Positions 10,491 to 23,700 are shown, counted from the first letter of the stretch. The stretch is 40,805 nt of DNA from Nemertoderma westbladi (GCA_032718475.1 JAUCBJ010007159.1:1-40805); one strand, 5' to 3'. A program made the numbers and translations. Notes: a model not told the origin generated them from the letters alone.

Positions 10491-13400
10491 TTACAAGTCC
10501 ACATGCGCATCGTCACCATCATCGTCCTCATTATCGCTAATTGTCGATCCCGCGTCGTCTTTGCTGCATCGTTCTTTCGGTTTTCCGCGAGCCACACTAA
10601 AAAAACAAAATAATTAATTAATCAACTAATTTACTGTAAACGAATTCCTGTATAATAATAATGTAATAACGTAAGTAAGTGCTGTATGTATATTGTATGT
10701 ACTCAGCACCGCAAATTTATCAATTACTTGCAATTTAATGCAATGGCGATAAACAGTTTCAGAGCGTAATATTGTAGCAGAATGGATGCCATAATGTAGG
10801 CCTACAGTACTAACCCATCCTAACACATCTCAACCCTGCAGAATAGATGCCATAATGTAGACCTACAGTACTAACCCAATCCCCCGTAATGTAGACCTAC
10901 AGTACTAACCCAATCCCCCATAATGTAGGCCTACAGTACTAACCCAATCCCCAATAATGTAGGCCTACAGTACTAACCAAATCCCCCATAATGTAGGCCT
11001 ACAGTACTAACCCAATCCCCCATAATGTAGGCCTACAGTACTAACCAAATCCCCCATAATGTAGGCCTACAGTACTAACCAAACCCCCCATAATGTAGGC
11101 CTACAGTACTAACCAAATCCCCCATAATGTAGGCCTACATTACTAACCAAATCCCCCATAATGTAGGCCTACAGTACTAACCAAATCCCCCATAATGTAG
11201 GCCTACAGTACTAACCCAATCCCCCATAATGTAGGCCTACAGTACTAACCAAATCCCCCATAATGTAGGCCTACAGTACTAACCCGATCCCCCATAATGT
11301 AGGCCTACAGTACTAACCCGATCCCCCATAATGTAGGCCTACAGTACTAACCCAATCCCCCATAATGTAGGCCTACAGTACTAACCCAATCCCCCATAAT
11401 GTAGGCCTACAGTACTAACCCGATCCCCATAATGTAGGCCTACAGTACTAACCCAATCCCCCATAATGTAGGCCTACAGTACGAACCCAATCCCCCATAA
11501 TGTAAGCCTACAGTACTAACCCAATCCCCCATAATGTAGGCCTACATTACTAACCCAATCCCCCATAATGTAGGCCTACAGTACTAACCCTATCCCCCAT
11601 AATGTAGGCCTACAGTACTAACACAATCCTAACACATCTCAACCCTGAAGAATGGATGCCATAATGTAGACCTACAGTACTAACCCAATCCCCCATAATG
11701 TAGACCTACAGTACTAACCCAATCCCCCATAATGTAGGCCTACAGTACTAACCCAATCCCCCATAATGTAGACCTACAGTACTAACCCAATCCCCCATAA
11801 TGTAGGCCTACAGTACTAACCAAATCCCCCATAATGTAGGCCTACAGTACTAACCCAATCCCCCATAATGTAGACCTACAGTACTAACCCAACCCCCCGT
11901 CATGTAGGCCTACAGTACTAACCCAATCCCCCATAATGTAAGCCTACAGTACTAACCCGATCCCCCATAATGTAGGCCTACAGTGCTTTATTTGCACTCA
12001 TTCACTAACGTTCGTTCGTGTAACAAAGCCACTGGATCATCACACTCACTGTAAAGTGCTACTTTACACACAAGTATGTAAATAGTTATTACATAATAAT
12101 TCTAATGTACTGTACTAATTATTGGTAATGAGAACAATAATAAGACATAAATTTTACCTGCTGCTGCTAGTGCACTGAATGTCCTGTCGAACTCCAGCTG
12201 TTTCTTCATCCATAGTATCACACTCATTTCCAACCGCAACCCGTTTCTTTCCTCTGAATCGTGTTGCGATACCAATGGAATAATACCCATCTTGATCGCT
12301 AGCACTTGCAATGTCCGAACCCTCACAGACAACGCGCTCCTCTATTGCCTTAGCTGCCAATAGATCATCTGAAAAATATTATTAACATTGAAATTTAGTC
12401 TACAGTACTACTAGGATCGGCATGCTGCATTGCAGCTGCATTTTTAAGAATGCTGTGCCGGCTTGTCAACAAAATTGCACCGCCACAACTCCCTATCACC
12501 CATGACATTTGCTAGATCATCCGCATCTTCAAGACCAGTGTCCTTTAAGATGCGTCTCAAGAAAGTCATGGGCTGTCCACCATGCTTATTCACTCCATGA
12601 GGCTGCCAAAGTACAAGATTATGCACTGGCTGGTCCTCACGGTGAAAGCAATGTCCTGCAAAGCGGAGGCGATTTTGTTCTAGTGTCAAGCTTGGGGGAA
12701 CCAATGAGACACTTCCAATGTTATATAGTGTCTGGTTGGAGATGTGTGCATTGTACTTGACACAATGAACCCGGCGTAGCATTCTTGTAAATGTGCCATC
12801 CAGAGATTTGGTATCCTCAGCAGTTAGAGTCCAGCATGGACTCCCATAGAGGAGTACTGGAACTACTGCTGCTCTAAATAATCGGACCTTAAGTTTCCGA
12901 TTAATTCTCGGTGACTTCCAAATCCTGGAAAGCCTATTCAAGGCTGCCCATGCCTTTCCCTTACGTATTCGAAGGTCCTCACCTGACTTCCGGATCCATG
13001 ATCCCAGGAAACAGAAGTTGTCCACATGCTCAAGCATACCATCCCTTGAGCTTATGCTCATCCGATCAGAGACTTGCTGAGGACTTTCAAAGTTAACTGT
13101 CAAAATTGTGGTCTTTCTGGAGTTAATAAAAAGACCAACAATAGAAGCAGCATGTTCTAATGAGCTGAGGATCCATTGGGCTCCCTCTAGTGATTCTGAG
13201 TGTACTCCTAAGTCATCAGCAAAGTCTAGATCAGTTAGGTACTTGGCAGGATTTCCTCGACTTCTGGATCCAGTAGGTGGAGTTATCATCATGAGGATTA
13301 CATGAACATTAATGGGAGCGCTTCTCTCCCTCCTCGCCAATGATATCTCCGAACCAAGCAACCAAAGATCTTTGATCCCGTATCCGATCCCAACTGGCAG

Positions 13401-15194
13401 CACTACAGTACATACAGTACCCTAATATCAACCAGTAACAACATCACTTTATCCCACCTTAAGGGTTGCCAAGCACCAGGTTCTGGTGATTGGTTGAACG
13501 CGATCCATTGACGTCCGTCTTGCCGACGAATAGTTCGGTACGGCTGTTACTCTTCGAACCTGTTTGCTCTACCCACCCTTTTGTGTGTGTGCCACCGTCG
13601 CTAATGTTTCAGCCAGCCATGCTCTAATCTACAAGATTTCTCTACAAAAGCTACCTCATTCCCAAATACTACGATCGCCGCCAGGAGTTCAGCGACCCCC
13701 TGTCTACAGTACCGGTACACAATTCCTGCATCACCTCTAGGCATCGTTATCCAAGCCGGAATGCATAAAGGTCTCATTCAACCTCCACGAGAACTGTTGC
13801 TTCCGGGAGACAAACATGGCACCTTAGGTATTCAACCCACCAATGCATTATTTTAATTCCATGAATATTTATTATCAATTTTTATTAATTGTAAATTAAT
13901 CGTAAAATCGATCTATAAATAGGTAATATTTTATACAGTGTGAATTTATTTTGTTTTTTTTTAATATAGTTTGTATTAATTTAATTTAAAAAAATGAGAG
14001 AAAATAAAAAATTAATAATTAATAATTTCTAAAACAAATATTTTTTCCTTTCTATGTATAGTAGGGGAAGCAACAGAAGTAAATGGCGAGCCTATGGTGG
14101 ACCTACTGCAACGTATGGGCTCGGTTGCTAGTGACGACCCCACCTTCGACATGGACGACGGACCACCAGGCCGAATAATTCCCCATTTCACCCAGTTAGT
14201 TCGAAAATTAATTTAATACTTTGTTAAGAATTGAGGGTTGCAGTTTTAGTTTTAGTCCCTGTGCGAGATAAAAGCTTGAATAGTTCAAAAAATAAACTTT
14301 ATTCTTAAATTGTTACTTTTTCTGTCGAATATACCCCAAAATCGGGAGAAAATGTTTCGCTTTTTTTCCCTAGGGAAAAAGTAATCAACAGGAATTTACT
14401 TTTTTCCCGGCGAAAAAAGTAAAGTAAAATATTTTTGGTGGAATTTTTTAAATTTTATTACATGTGGTGAAAGAACATCAACGTAGAAAAGGTTTTAAAG
14501 TAATTTGAGCAAAATCCATTAAAACACTCAAAAGTTATTGCAAATTTATTGTCTGCGTGGCGTACACCAAAACGGAACTCAATATCCAATTGATTTATGT
14601 AGTTAAGCGGCTCTCTTGTTACGTAATAAATATTCGAGAACACTAAATTATTTTAACGTTGAGTTTCCGATTAATTCTCGTTGACTTCCAAATCCTGGAA
14701 AGCCTATTCAAGGCTGCCCATGCCTTTCCCTTACGTATTCGAAGGTCCTCACCTGACTTCCGGATCCATGATCCCAGGTAACAGAAGTCGTCCACATGCT
14801 CAAGCATACCATCCTTTGAGCTTATGCTCATCCGATCAGAGACTTGCTGAGGACTTTCAAAAGTCTACAGTACTGTAATAATTATTATTTGATTTAATAA
14901 TTATTAGATTGTTAGATACCGTATTCATATACGATGATCCTATCTACTGTAATTATCAGTATACTACCGTTAAAAACCTTTGCATGAGTTTCGAATAAAT
15001 GTGCGAGGCCAAGATCCCCATTGCCCAACTGCAGTGTCACCAGCACGTAACGACTCCCTCAGCGCCTTGGATGCAAGTTTAGTGTTTATGGGATATGCTG
15101 ATGTAAGTCCATCGGCCGACAACCATCCACTACATATTGTTGCAACTTCCTCAACGCCATCCGGGCCCGTGAAGATGACAACACAATAAGCCAT
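10491..15194 (-). CDS. Spliced accessory gene of the EnSpm-like element (exons 15194-14978, 12368-12158, optional 12048-12010, 10596-10491; 177-190 aa)
   Basis: All junctions are GT-AG and phase compatible (1, 2, 2); AATAAA near 10385. N-terminus MAYCVVIF...EVATICSGWL...SAYP resembles the N-terminus I recall from DUF4806-type transposon accessory proteins. Confidence 0.7.
10790..11984. repeat. 34-bp minisatellite cccccataatgtaggcctacagtactaacccaat, roughly 33-35 copies, intronic
   Basis: Period 34 (10881, 10915...); two similar interruptions aacacatctcaaccctg at ~10822 and ~11631. Confidence 0.97.
12410..13403 (-). mobile_element. 5'-truncated RTE-clade non-LTR retrotransposon (RT C-terminal half and 3' UTR)
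   Basis: DLDFADD, GLFINSRKT, FCFLGS, LLYGSPCWTL, RLRFAGH motifs; no C-terminal zinc knuckle; short TAG-repeat tail. Confidence 0.9.
14657..14861 (-). mobile_element. Second RTE fragment duplicating ~12890-13090
   Basis: High nucleotide identity; encodes EHVDDFCYLGSWIRKSGEDLRIRKGKAW. Confidence 0.92.
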
Positions 15195-15219
15195 ATGTAC
15201 AGAATATATACAGAATATC

Positions 15220-15850
15220 TGTAAAGGCTTTTGCGTAATTAGCCGGTTATTTTCCCCGTAAAGTACTCTGTAGTTGGTTTACCAGGCATAAAAAGGCCGT
15301 GTCCTTACTGTACTGGTGTTTTAGAGGACATAAAAGTAATTTCTTCTGTATGTGTACTTTAGCGGACATAATCCGCAATTTTATGACGCAATACGCCGGA
15401 TCCTCTTGAAACAGTGTAGCTACCATGACGACGGTTAACAGCTGATATTGCCACGTAGAACATCTCTTTGTTCTTTGTTCTCTCTTTGTTCGGTCGACCA
15501 ATCAGAGCGTTTTTTGCCTCTGTGTTAGATGGTAGATAGAAACTCGTGGAGTTGAGTCAGTATGTGATTTTTCCACAGCCTACAACACCGGCGTGGAACC
15601 TCCGTGTTTCAGTCTTTAGTTCAACATTAGTAGGCTTAATTATAGAACGTATATCCGTTATCTCACTAACCATACCTCACTCACTGATCATATCTCACTC
15701 AGTCACTCATAATCATTCATAACTTAACATTACTGCTTTGCTGTCGGTTATTCATTATATTTGTTGATGAAATATTATATTTGGAATACTGATAAACAAT
15801 CAGACACCCCAATCTTCTTGATATACTAAAGGTTAGAGAGACCGGATACA
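15220..15850 (+). repeat. 5' LTR (identity with the 3' LTR ends at 15808; probable true end ...accggataca at 15850)
   Basis: TGTAAAGG start; end inferred from similarity to the related LTR ending ...agagggtaaca at 36481. Confidence 0.85.
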
Positions 15851-16810
15851 TATAACGATTGCGACTTACATTAAGTGGTTTGAAGTGAATCTAATGCTAT
15901 TTTATAGGCCCTACACGTATTGTCTGTTGTTCTCCTTATATGTGACTAAAATTAGTGAAGGTTGGCAGATTGGTGTGCAGCATTGTGCAGCATTGTGTAT
16001 GATTGTGATTGATAACGAAGCATCTCCTAAAGAATGCGCCATATACGTGAATCTATAGCCATCCCGTTGTGTCTAGTTTAAGTCATAACTCTGTTTATAT
16101 ATTTAGAGCGCCACGTCCTAAAGGAACTGTTAATATTTCCCGAAAGTGAATAATATTGTCAGAGATTATATATATTAAGATCAGTCGAATAATACAGTAG
16201 GCCTATCCCGCAATACGATTAGGCTTCCGAATCCAGTCTCCTGGGTATATCCAACGGGTGAATGATCGCGCATAGACTGGATTCGGCTAATGTAGTGTAT
16301 CAAATACTTGTTATAGGCTAAAGACTATCTATCATCTAAAAGACATCCTAATTTGGCAGGTTAAACTGCTAAAGGTCTGAAAGCGCGAACAATAACGGAT
16401 ATACGGTTCGGATTGCGGTGTAGGCAATAAATACAGTTTAATATTGTTCTGGTAAGAACAATAACGGATATATTCGTCTAATTGCAGGGTAGGCAATAAA
16501 TACAGTTTAATATTGTTCTGGTAAGAACAGTAACAGTTATAGCTTCTTGATAGCGGCGTAAGCAATCAAGTTGATAGTACCGGTCGACCGGTAACCAGTA
16601 GGCCTGACTGCCTGATCATCCGGACCGGTACTTACTTACAGTACGGGTACAGCAGTACTATTTCGATTGTGATATTGTATATTGTAGGCTGCTAGGCGAT
16701 TAGGGATTGATCACCCCTCATTCCTTTGTATAGTTTACTTATTTCTGTCGGTTTTATTTATTTGTAGGTTAAGATTGAGCAGAAGACGTGTAAGCCTGCT
16801 CAGATTGTAC

Positions 16811-17380
16811 AGATAATTTGTAGGCTGGACTGTTGTCTAACTGTTGTTAAGTCTGAACGGATTGCAGTGTGTGTAGAGCATCTGTCCGATAAAGTGCTAG
16901 TTAGGAATGTAGGGGCTTCAAGTGCTGTGAGGTAAACCCCCTTTGAAAGAATAAGTCGTACTACTAGGTTAGAACGCATACTAACTAATCATTTCGGAGT
17001 CTGCATATACTGTAGTTTATTTAGGCTTGATAGTAGTCTGCCATCGTTTGGTCTGTACTTTGTTTGTGTAGTCTGTACAGGTAGCGTATAATTCTTATTT
17101 AGATAATTTGTAGGCTGGATAGTTGTCTGGCTGTTGTTGGGTCTGAGGAAATTTCGGTGTGTGTAGAGTGTATGTCCGATAAAGTGCCAGTTGGGAACGT
17201 AGGGGCTTCCAGAGCTGTGAGGTAAACCCCCTCGAAAGAATAAGTCGTACTACTCGGATAGAACGCATACTAACTAAGCATTTCGGAGTCTGCATATACC
17301 GTAGTTTGTTTAGGCTTGATAGTAGTCTGTCAGTATTTGGTCTGCATTTTGTTTGAGTAGTCTGTACGCGTAGCGTAATA
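16811..17380. repeat. Diverged 290-bp tandem duplication in the BEL 5' region
   Basis: agataatttgtaggctgga at 16811 and 17101 with colinear similarity; further tandem units at 16387-16530 (~69 bp) and 18380-18710 (~120 bp). Confidence 0.85.
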
Positions 17381-18845
17381 TTTATTATTCAGAGTTTATG
17401 CGATTATTCGCAACATTCATTCCCCAAGTTTATTCCTACAGTAATTGTGCTTGTTATATATACCGTTACAGTTAAACTAACCCCGGTACTACATCTGGGC
17501 TGCTTGGCGTAGGTAAAGACTGGAGATTTTATGCTTTGGTCACTCCGGCAGATACCGTGGTTCTTTTAGCTGTTCAAGTATTTTTAACTACTGATTATTT
17601 GTTGTATAAGTACTTGTACCTAATTTAGGGTTTAGTGTGCAGTGCTTCCCGAAGGTGATTAGTTTGTAGACAGTATATTTGTGTTGTAAAGTGGTTAATA
17701 GGCACGTTGGTTCTGGTAGACCGCGGTAATTAACTTCTGGGTAGGAACACTCCATGATACATAACGTAGTACTTATAGCGATATGGCTAGAAGCCGTCAG
17801 ACGGTGGTATTTTCCTATCTGGACAACGCAGTATATTTACTACTACTTATTATTTTCAAATACCGTAGTACTCTGTCCGTTGTAATAACCAGATATTCTA
17901 ACCCTTTGTTAGGCTGGTTTGTAGATTTCTTGTAAAATTACCCTAAAAATTCGTACTTGTAAATTTTTGTGTTTATTTAGAGATTGTAATCTCAACCCGA
18001 ATTGTACGTAATTTGTAGTATTAAGTAACTTAGGTAAATTAGAATTATTTGTTTTAGTGTCCAACAAGTAGCACTCCACTGAGAGCGCACAGCTTCTGTG
18101 TAGTGACTCCCCCCAGAAATAATAACATTTATTTCAAATATTGACAAAACCCATTAAACGGGTATATATATATTATAAATCAACTCAAACGATTTATAAA
18201 TAGTAGGCCTGCCATACAACAACTAGGTCTCAATATCAGTTGGACTACTGCTCAAATAACGGTAATAAAGTAAGTTAAAGTAACCAAGTAACCCTTAAAA
18301 TTCAGAAATTCAATTATTCTAAAATAATTGACATACCGGACCGGTATTTACAATAGGCTTATTATATTTATTTCTATAAATTTTAGGCTGAAATTATACC
18401 GGTATTCTGTAATTAATTCTAGTCTGTAATTATACTTATATATATATATTATAAGTGTAAGCTGTATACCGGTATTCACGATAGGCCTATTATATATATA
18501 TAAATTTAGGCTGAAATCATACCGGTATTCTGTAATTAATTCTAGTTAATAATTATACTTATATGTACTATAAGTGTAAGCTGCATACCGGTATTCATGA
18601 TAGGCCTATTATATATTTATATATATTTGTGCTGGAATTACATACCGGTATCCTGTGACAAACCTAGTCTGTAATAATACTTATATATATACTATAAGCA
18701 TACCGGTATTCTAATATATTATACATATATCACGCTACACTAAGTAGCAGTATCGGTAATTAATTACTAGGCTAACAGTGATACTGAATTACTAGACTTG
18801 CTTAAACTGTAATATAGCAGTAGGCATTCAACTGTACAAACCAAC

Positions 18846-19570
18846 ATGTCTGACACAAAGCAAAATCTGTCAGACAGTCTCCTAGATACAACCATATGTG
18901 ACCCAGACAGGAGTGTGGAACGTGTTAGACCGAAGTTCAACTCACCTCCTACTGTAAGAAAGATCATTCCCCCAGTAGTAATATCAGAACCTAGGCTGGT
19001 CCAACACCGTAGGTCTGTCATAGGCACTAGAGCTCAGGTCAAGCAGGACCAAGAAGCAGCGGAACAACAACAACCCGCGAGCCAAGAACTTATTTCTCAA
19101 CGGCCCGACAGCTCCAGTAGTGAGGATACTGTAGAGCTGACACCCGAGCGCGGAGCAAAGATGACGGATGCGGTTTATTCGGATCCCCTTCTCATCCTTC
19201 CTGCAGCCGTACTCACTAGGTTATTGATTGCGGTGGAAGAACACTAGATCAATTGGGCGAGAAGTAAGCGATCGACTAAAGATAGTTATGCGGGATACAC
19301 AAGGGAAGAACTGAAGGCCATTTTCGAGTCGCAATGGAACTTCCCCGGACCAGGACTCCTGTTTGATTTATCAGAAGCTGCCTGGGAAGACATACACAGG
19401 ATGGGAGTAACCAAGGAAACCATCGATCCAGCTGTGTGGAAGAGGTCCGCAGCCGGATACGTACAGGGATTCTTCAGCTCTATGGAGCAATTAAAGGAAC
19501 AACTGATTCAACAACCCCAAGGACCTCAAGAGCAGGGACAGCTGCTACCCAAGGAGGTGAGGTCTCTATA
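18846..19570 (+). pseudogene. Upstream ORF0 of the BEL element, ~240 codons with one in-frame TAG at 19245-19247
   Basis: ATG in good context; the frame continues past TAG as INWARSKRSTKDSYAGYTREELKAIFESQWNFPG...LLPKEVRSL. Confidence 0.65.
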
Positions 19571-20787
19571 GGGTGGCAGCAACAGGCGGCGGCGGACTCA
19601 TGAGGGTCTGGGGGCACGTTAAATCTGTCCTATAGTGCAAGGGAGTTACTGAAGGCCCTCGTGTCTAGCGAACCATGAATCAACATGGTGCCGTGGTATC
19701 GTCTAGTCGGCCTGTTGCCGTACTGCCAGTCCTGTACACAGTAGGGGTGGTGGCTTAGTGTGATCTGTGGTTTATGTGGTCTATGTGGTAGGTCTATGTT
19801 TGGTATGTATGAGTTGACCAGACTCTTTATTGTCTCCGATCGGTTGCCAAAACGTGTCTTTTCCCAGGGTAGCACTATTGGAATGGAGGTGTTGCATCGG
19901 AATGGGCAGGTTCTGATGATTCTGTTGGTACTACTATTGGAATGGAGGTGGCACCCGGAATATCGGCTGCAAGGAGGGGTTAGTGTTGTAGTGTGGTCCG
20001 AGTGAATGATACTCTGGAATCTGTGGTTTGTGTATGGACGATCAGTGGCAGTTTGCTTAAGCTTTCTGTTGCTGTGGGTACGTGGTATACGTGAGTGTGT
20101 GTATGGCCACTGCGAGTGAGTGTGGGAAACCTTGCCGGTTGGTTCAGTCGCCGCTGGTTATTAGTAGGACCATATCTTTACTGCGCCCCAGCATATTTTG
20201 TGCACACAAAGTTATTTTGCCCTGACGGCAAAATAAGGTACTCTCGGCTCTTTTATTAGTCGATACAATTTTGTCCCCTCTGATTTTGTCACCGATTTGT
20301 CTTTCCCGATTATGTCCTCTGTGTGTGCATGGTATGCGTCAGATTTGTGTTTACCGTTGTGTACTTGATTTCGTGAACATCTATTGAGTACACGTGTACA
20401 GTGACTGGTAAGTGGTGACTTGTTCTTAGCTTTAAGCTAGACAGTATTGTTTGCGGAACCGACTTCCCCTCAATACTGCCGGCGAGGCGGGTGAAAACGT
20501 GTCAAAATTCCATGTTGGGTAGCGCAAGCCCACTTGGGACAAGACCGTCGGTTTGGCTCAAGGGCGACCTTGATGCTCGATCGCTATCGACTGGTCCACC
20601 CACCGGTTGACTCTCTGAGTTGGCTCAATGTACAGTCAGGCCACAGTAAGTTGACAGTAGCCGACCATCTGGCTACACCGACGAGCTGTGCCGGTGTGAT
20701 CGGGGGATTGAAAATTGAAGCCGGGAAGCATCGGGCTACCCTCCGGCCCGGTCTGATAAAAACGGAGTCGGACTGGCCCCAAGGGTA

Positions 20788-23700
20788 GTGAGACAGCGTC
20801 CGCCTCATGGGTGCCCCTCGGGGAGGAGCCCAGAAGGACGCAAGCGTTATCAAGTTAGAGAAAGAATTCTGCAAATCAGGCTAATCTTATCGGCCTTTGA
20901 GGAGGCTTCTAAAAGAAGACAAGACACGTCGTTGCAAGTTGCCGTAAAGACTTGGTTTCAACGGGTGAGCCTCCAGGTGCAAGGGACGACTCAGTGGAAA
21001 GCCCAGCTGGTTGAGCGCTCAACCCATGGAGAATCAACAGACGCTACTTTTTCCCAAGTGGAAAGTGAAGCGGCGGCAGAGAAGCCGCATAAGAGGGATG
21101 CCATTGACATCTATCTGTCGGATTATCAACGTTTTGTAGGAGATGAAGAGTTGAGGAGAAGACTAGAGGGGCTTAGCCCTAATAGTGAAGGAGCCCAGAG
21201 TGTGTTGGACGCAATCGATGTGGATAGGTTAGCTGCGAACCAAGCTAAATTCAATGAAAGCATCCGCATCGCTAAGGTTCAAGAAGAACAAGTAAAGAAA
21301 AAACGTATAGAAGATAGAAAGACAGCGGCAGTGGCAGCAGCAGTGGCAGAGGCAGAAAGAAAAGCGGCCTTGGCAGCTACAGTGGCAGAAGCAGAAAGAA
21401 AAGCGGCTTTGGCAGCTGCAGTGGCAGAAGCAGAAAGAAAAGCGGCTTTGGCAGCTGCAGTGGCAGAAGCAGAACGAAAGGCGTCTGAAGAGACAACCCA
21501 ACTAGAGTTGGAAAATCTTCAAGAGAGGCAAGACAACTTCAATAAACAGTTAACAGCTAGTAATATGCAGATGATGAGTCGATCTACTCCCAAAAGACAG
21601 GGGTATACATCATCTGAGGAAGGCGATACTACCGATCCTGAAGGCGGAGGAAATCGATCTCGCCTAAGCAGACGTAAAAGAATGTCCCACTGTCAGAAAT
21701 TGCCTGATTTGCCTCCAGCTGTTAGAAGGCAACTAGCTAGCACAGATTTAGGTAGTACAGAACCCACAGACCAAATAATTAAAATAGAAAGACTCCCTAC
21801 TATAGTAGATGAGCCTGAAATAATTGGGCCTGTTCTTGAAATCACCCCTTCGGTGATAGAGACACCTGTACTCCCAGAACCTACCTTTAAATTCCCTTTA
21901 CACAGCACCAAATTATCTGTGCCTAGAGGAACAGCCCCTGAAACAGTGTCAGTCCTGGACTCCGAGCGAAATATAAAGGATATATCGCCCGTAGTTTCTC
22001 GTCTGCCCGCTACAACGTTGGCGGATCCCGCTTCGGCGGTTGATTGGGTAGACGAGAGACGGCGGGGGATGGACATTCTCCTCGGAAAGATGGAGGAGAA
22101 TCGAGTGCGCTCCTCCCAACAGGTCCGAGAGTTAGAAGGGACTGTTCAACAGTTAAAGGGAACCGTAAAGGAAAGTAGGTTAGAGTTGCAAGAAGTGCAG
22201 CAAAGTATCGCGCTAGAACGCGATAAATTAGTAAATTTACAAAAGGGTATATCACCACCCCCGGTAACAATGTGTCAACCTGTTAGGTCTGAAGTATCTC
22301 ATGCGCAAGGTGTGGAGCCTACACGCATATATACTGCTAGCGAAGTAGAAACTCCTATAGTGAACCCTATTAAGGGTAATTATAGACATGTTGATAATGA
22401 TATTCCCTATAGACCTGATCATAATCCGAGAAATTTATATACCGATAACTCGATATTAAATAACACGATGGCCCAAGAAAGTTTTACGCGTCAAATGGCT
22501 AGAACCAAAGCCCGGCAAGCGGTAAAGGTGGGAGAGATCGTCAAGTTCAATGGAGATGAGATGAAATGGTTACCTTTTAATGAATATTACAAAGATAACA
22601 TACAGAACTCTGTACTATCTAATGGAGAGAAACTTAGATTCCTCATCGAGTGCTTGGAAGGATCTCCCAAGTTAATGGCGTTAAAGTTTATTGGACATCC
22701 AGACGGATTAAGGCAAGTTTGGGATACCCTAAACTTCAGGTATGGTAATAGGAATAACATAGCTGGGTATTTGTATGCAAAGTTGGTAGCGCCCCGAAAG
22801 TTTATTAGCAGCGGGATTATAGAGTTTTCCGATGAGATTCAGGAGATCTGCCGACAATTAGATTGGCTAGGTAAGTCTCATGAGTATCAGAGTGCTATGG
22901 TTATTAGGGCAGTGGCTTCTACTTTACCGAAGGGCGGAGTAGGTACACGCTGGGACAAGAAAGTGTTATATATGATGGAACAACAACAACGAGACCCTAC
23001 CATGGCTGATTTCATGTCATTCTTGGATGGCGAAGTGAAATTACAGCTCATAAAGCAGTCCAGAGAGAAGACACCAGAAAACAAGGTAAGTGAGAAACCC
23101 GTCTCTAGGAGAAAGGTAACACCAGTGTGTTATACAGACGACGGCGAAAGCCAGACTTCTCAAGGAGAGGATAGCGGGAAAGACACTGAAAGATCTTATT
23201 ATGTCAATAAAACGCCTAAAGAACAGGTAAGTAAATGCAAGTCTCGAACCAATGACAGGAGAGAACAGGTAAGAAAAACTCCTCCTACGTCTCCCAAGAG
23301 AATTCAGGTGAGAAAGCCCGAAGAAAGAACGAGTGTGCACAATGTTATTCAAAATAAGGTAAGTAACATCAAACCGAAATGTGCGCTATGTGATGGGACT
23401 CACCGTTTGAATATATGTGATGAATTCCTGAAGAAATCATTAGCGGAGAGACGGGAAGTCATGTGGGTTAAGCGGTTGTGTTATAATTGCCTCAGACAAG
23501 GACACCAACGGCGAACCTGTTACTCCGACACAAGGTGTGCAAAGTGCGGTGCGAAACATCATATCTTGTTGCACACTGAATTCGAGCGAAATAGTCCGAG
23601 TCAGGTAAGTGATTCCGAACTACATGTCCAATTCAGTGATGTGAACGACACTGATCAATCTGAGATGGAAGGATTCAATACGGACGAGTTCTCCGACGAA

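Noticed and set aside
10790-11984. CRISPR-like periodicity (34 bp with palindromic core)
   Set aside because: Units are head-to-tail with no unique spacers, there are no cas genes and the context is eukaryotic
13432-14650. Possible captured exons or small transposon between the RTE pieces (e.g. GEATEVNGEPMVDLLQRMG near 14064)
   Set aside because: No convincing TIRs, TSD or recognisable protein motif; left unannotated
15247-15501. 84-aa antisense ORF duplicated at 31532-31786
   Set aside because: Duplicated only because it lies in the LTR; non-ATG start and no recognisable motif
19630-20110. Antisense reading frame in the BEL leader
   Set aside because: No upstream ATG, composition explained by the GT-rich plus strand, and no second copy to test constraint
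20181-20850. Group II intron in the BEL leader (ctgcgcccca resembles GUGCGCCC)
   Set aside because: First base is not G and no domain V/VI consensus was found
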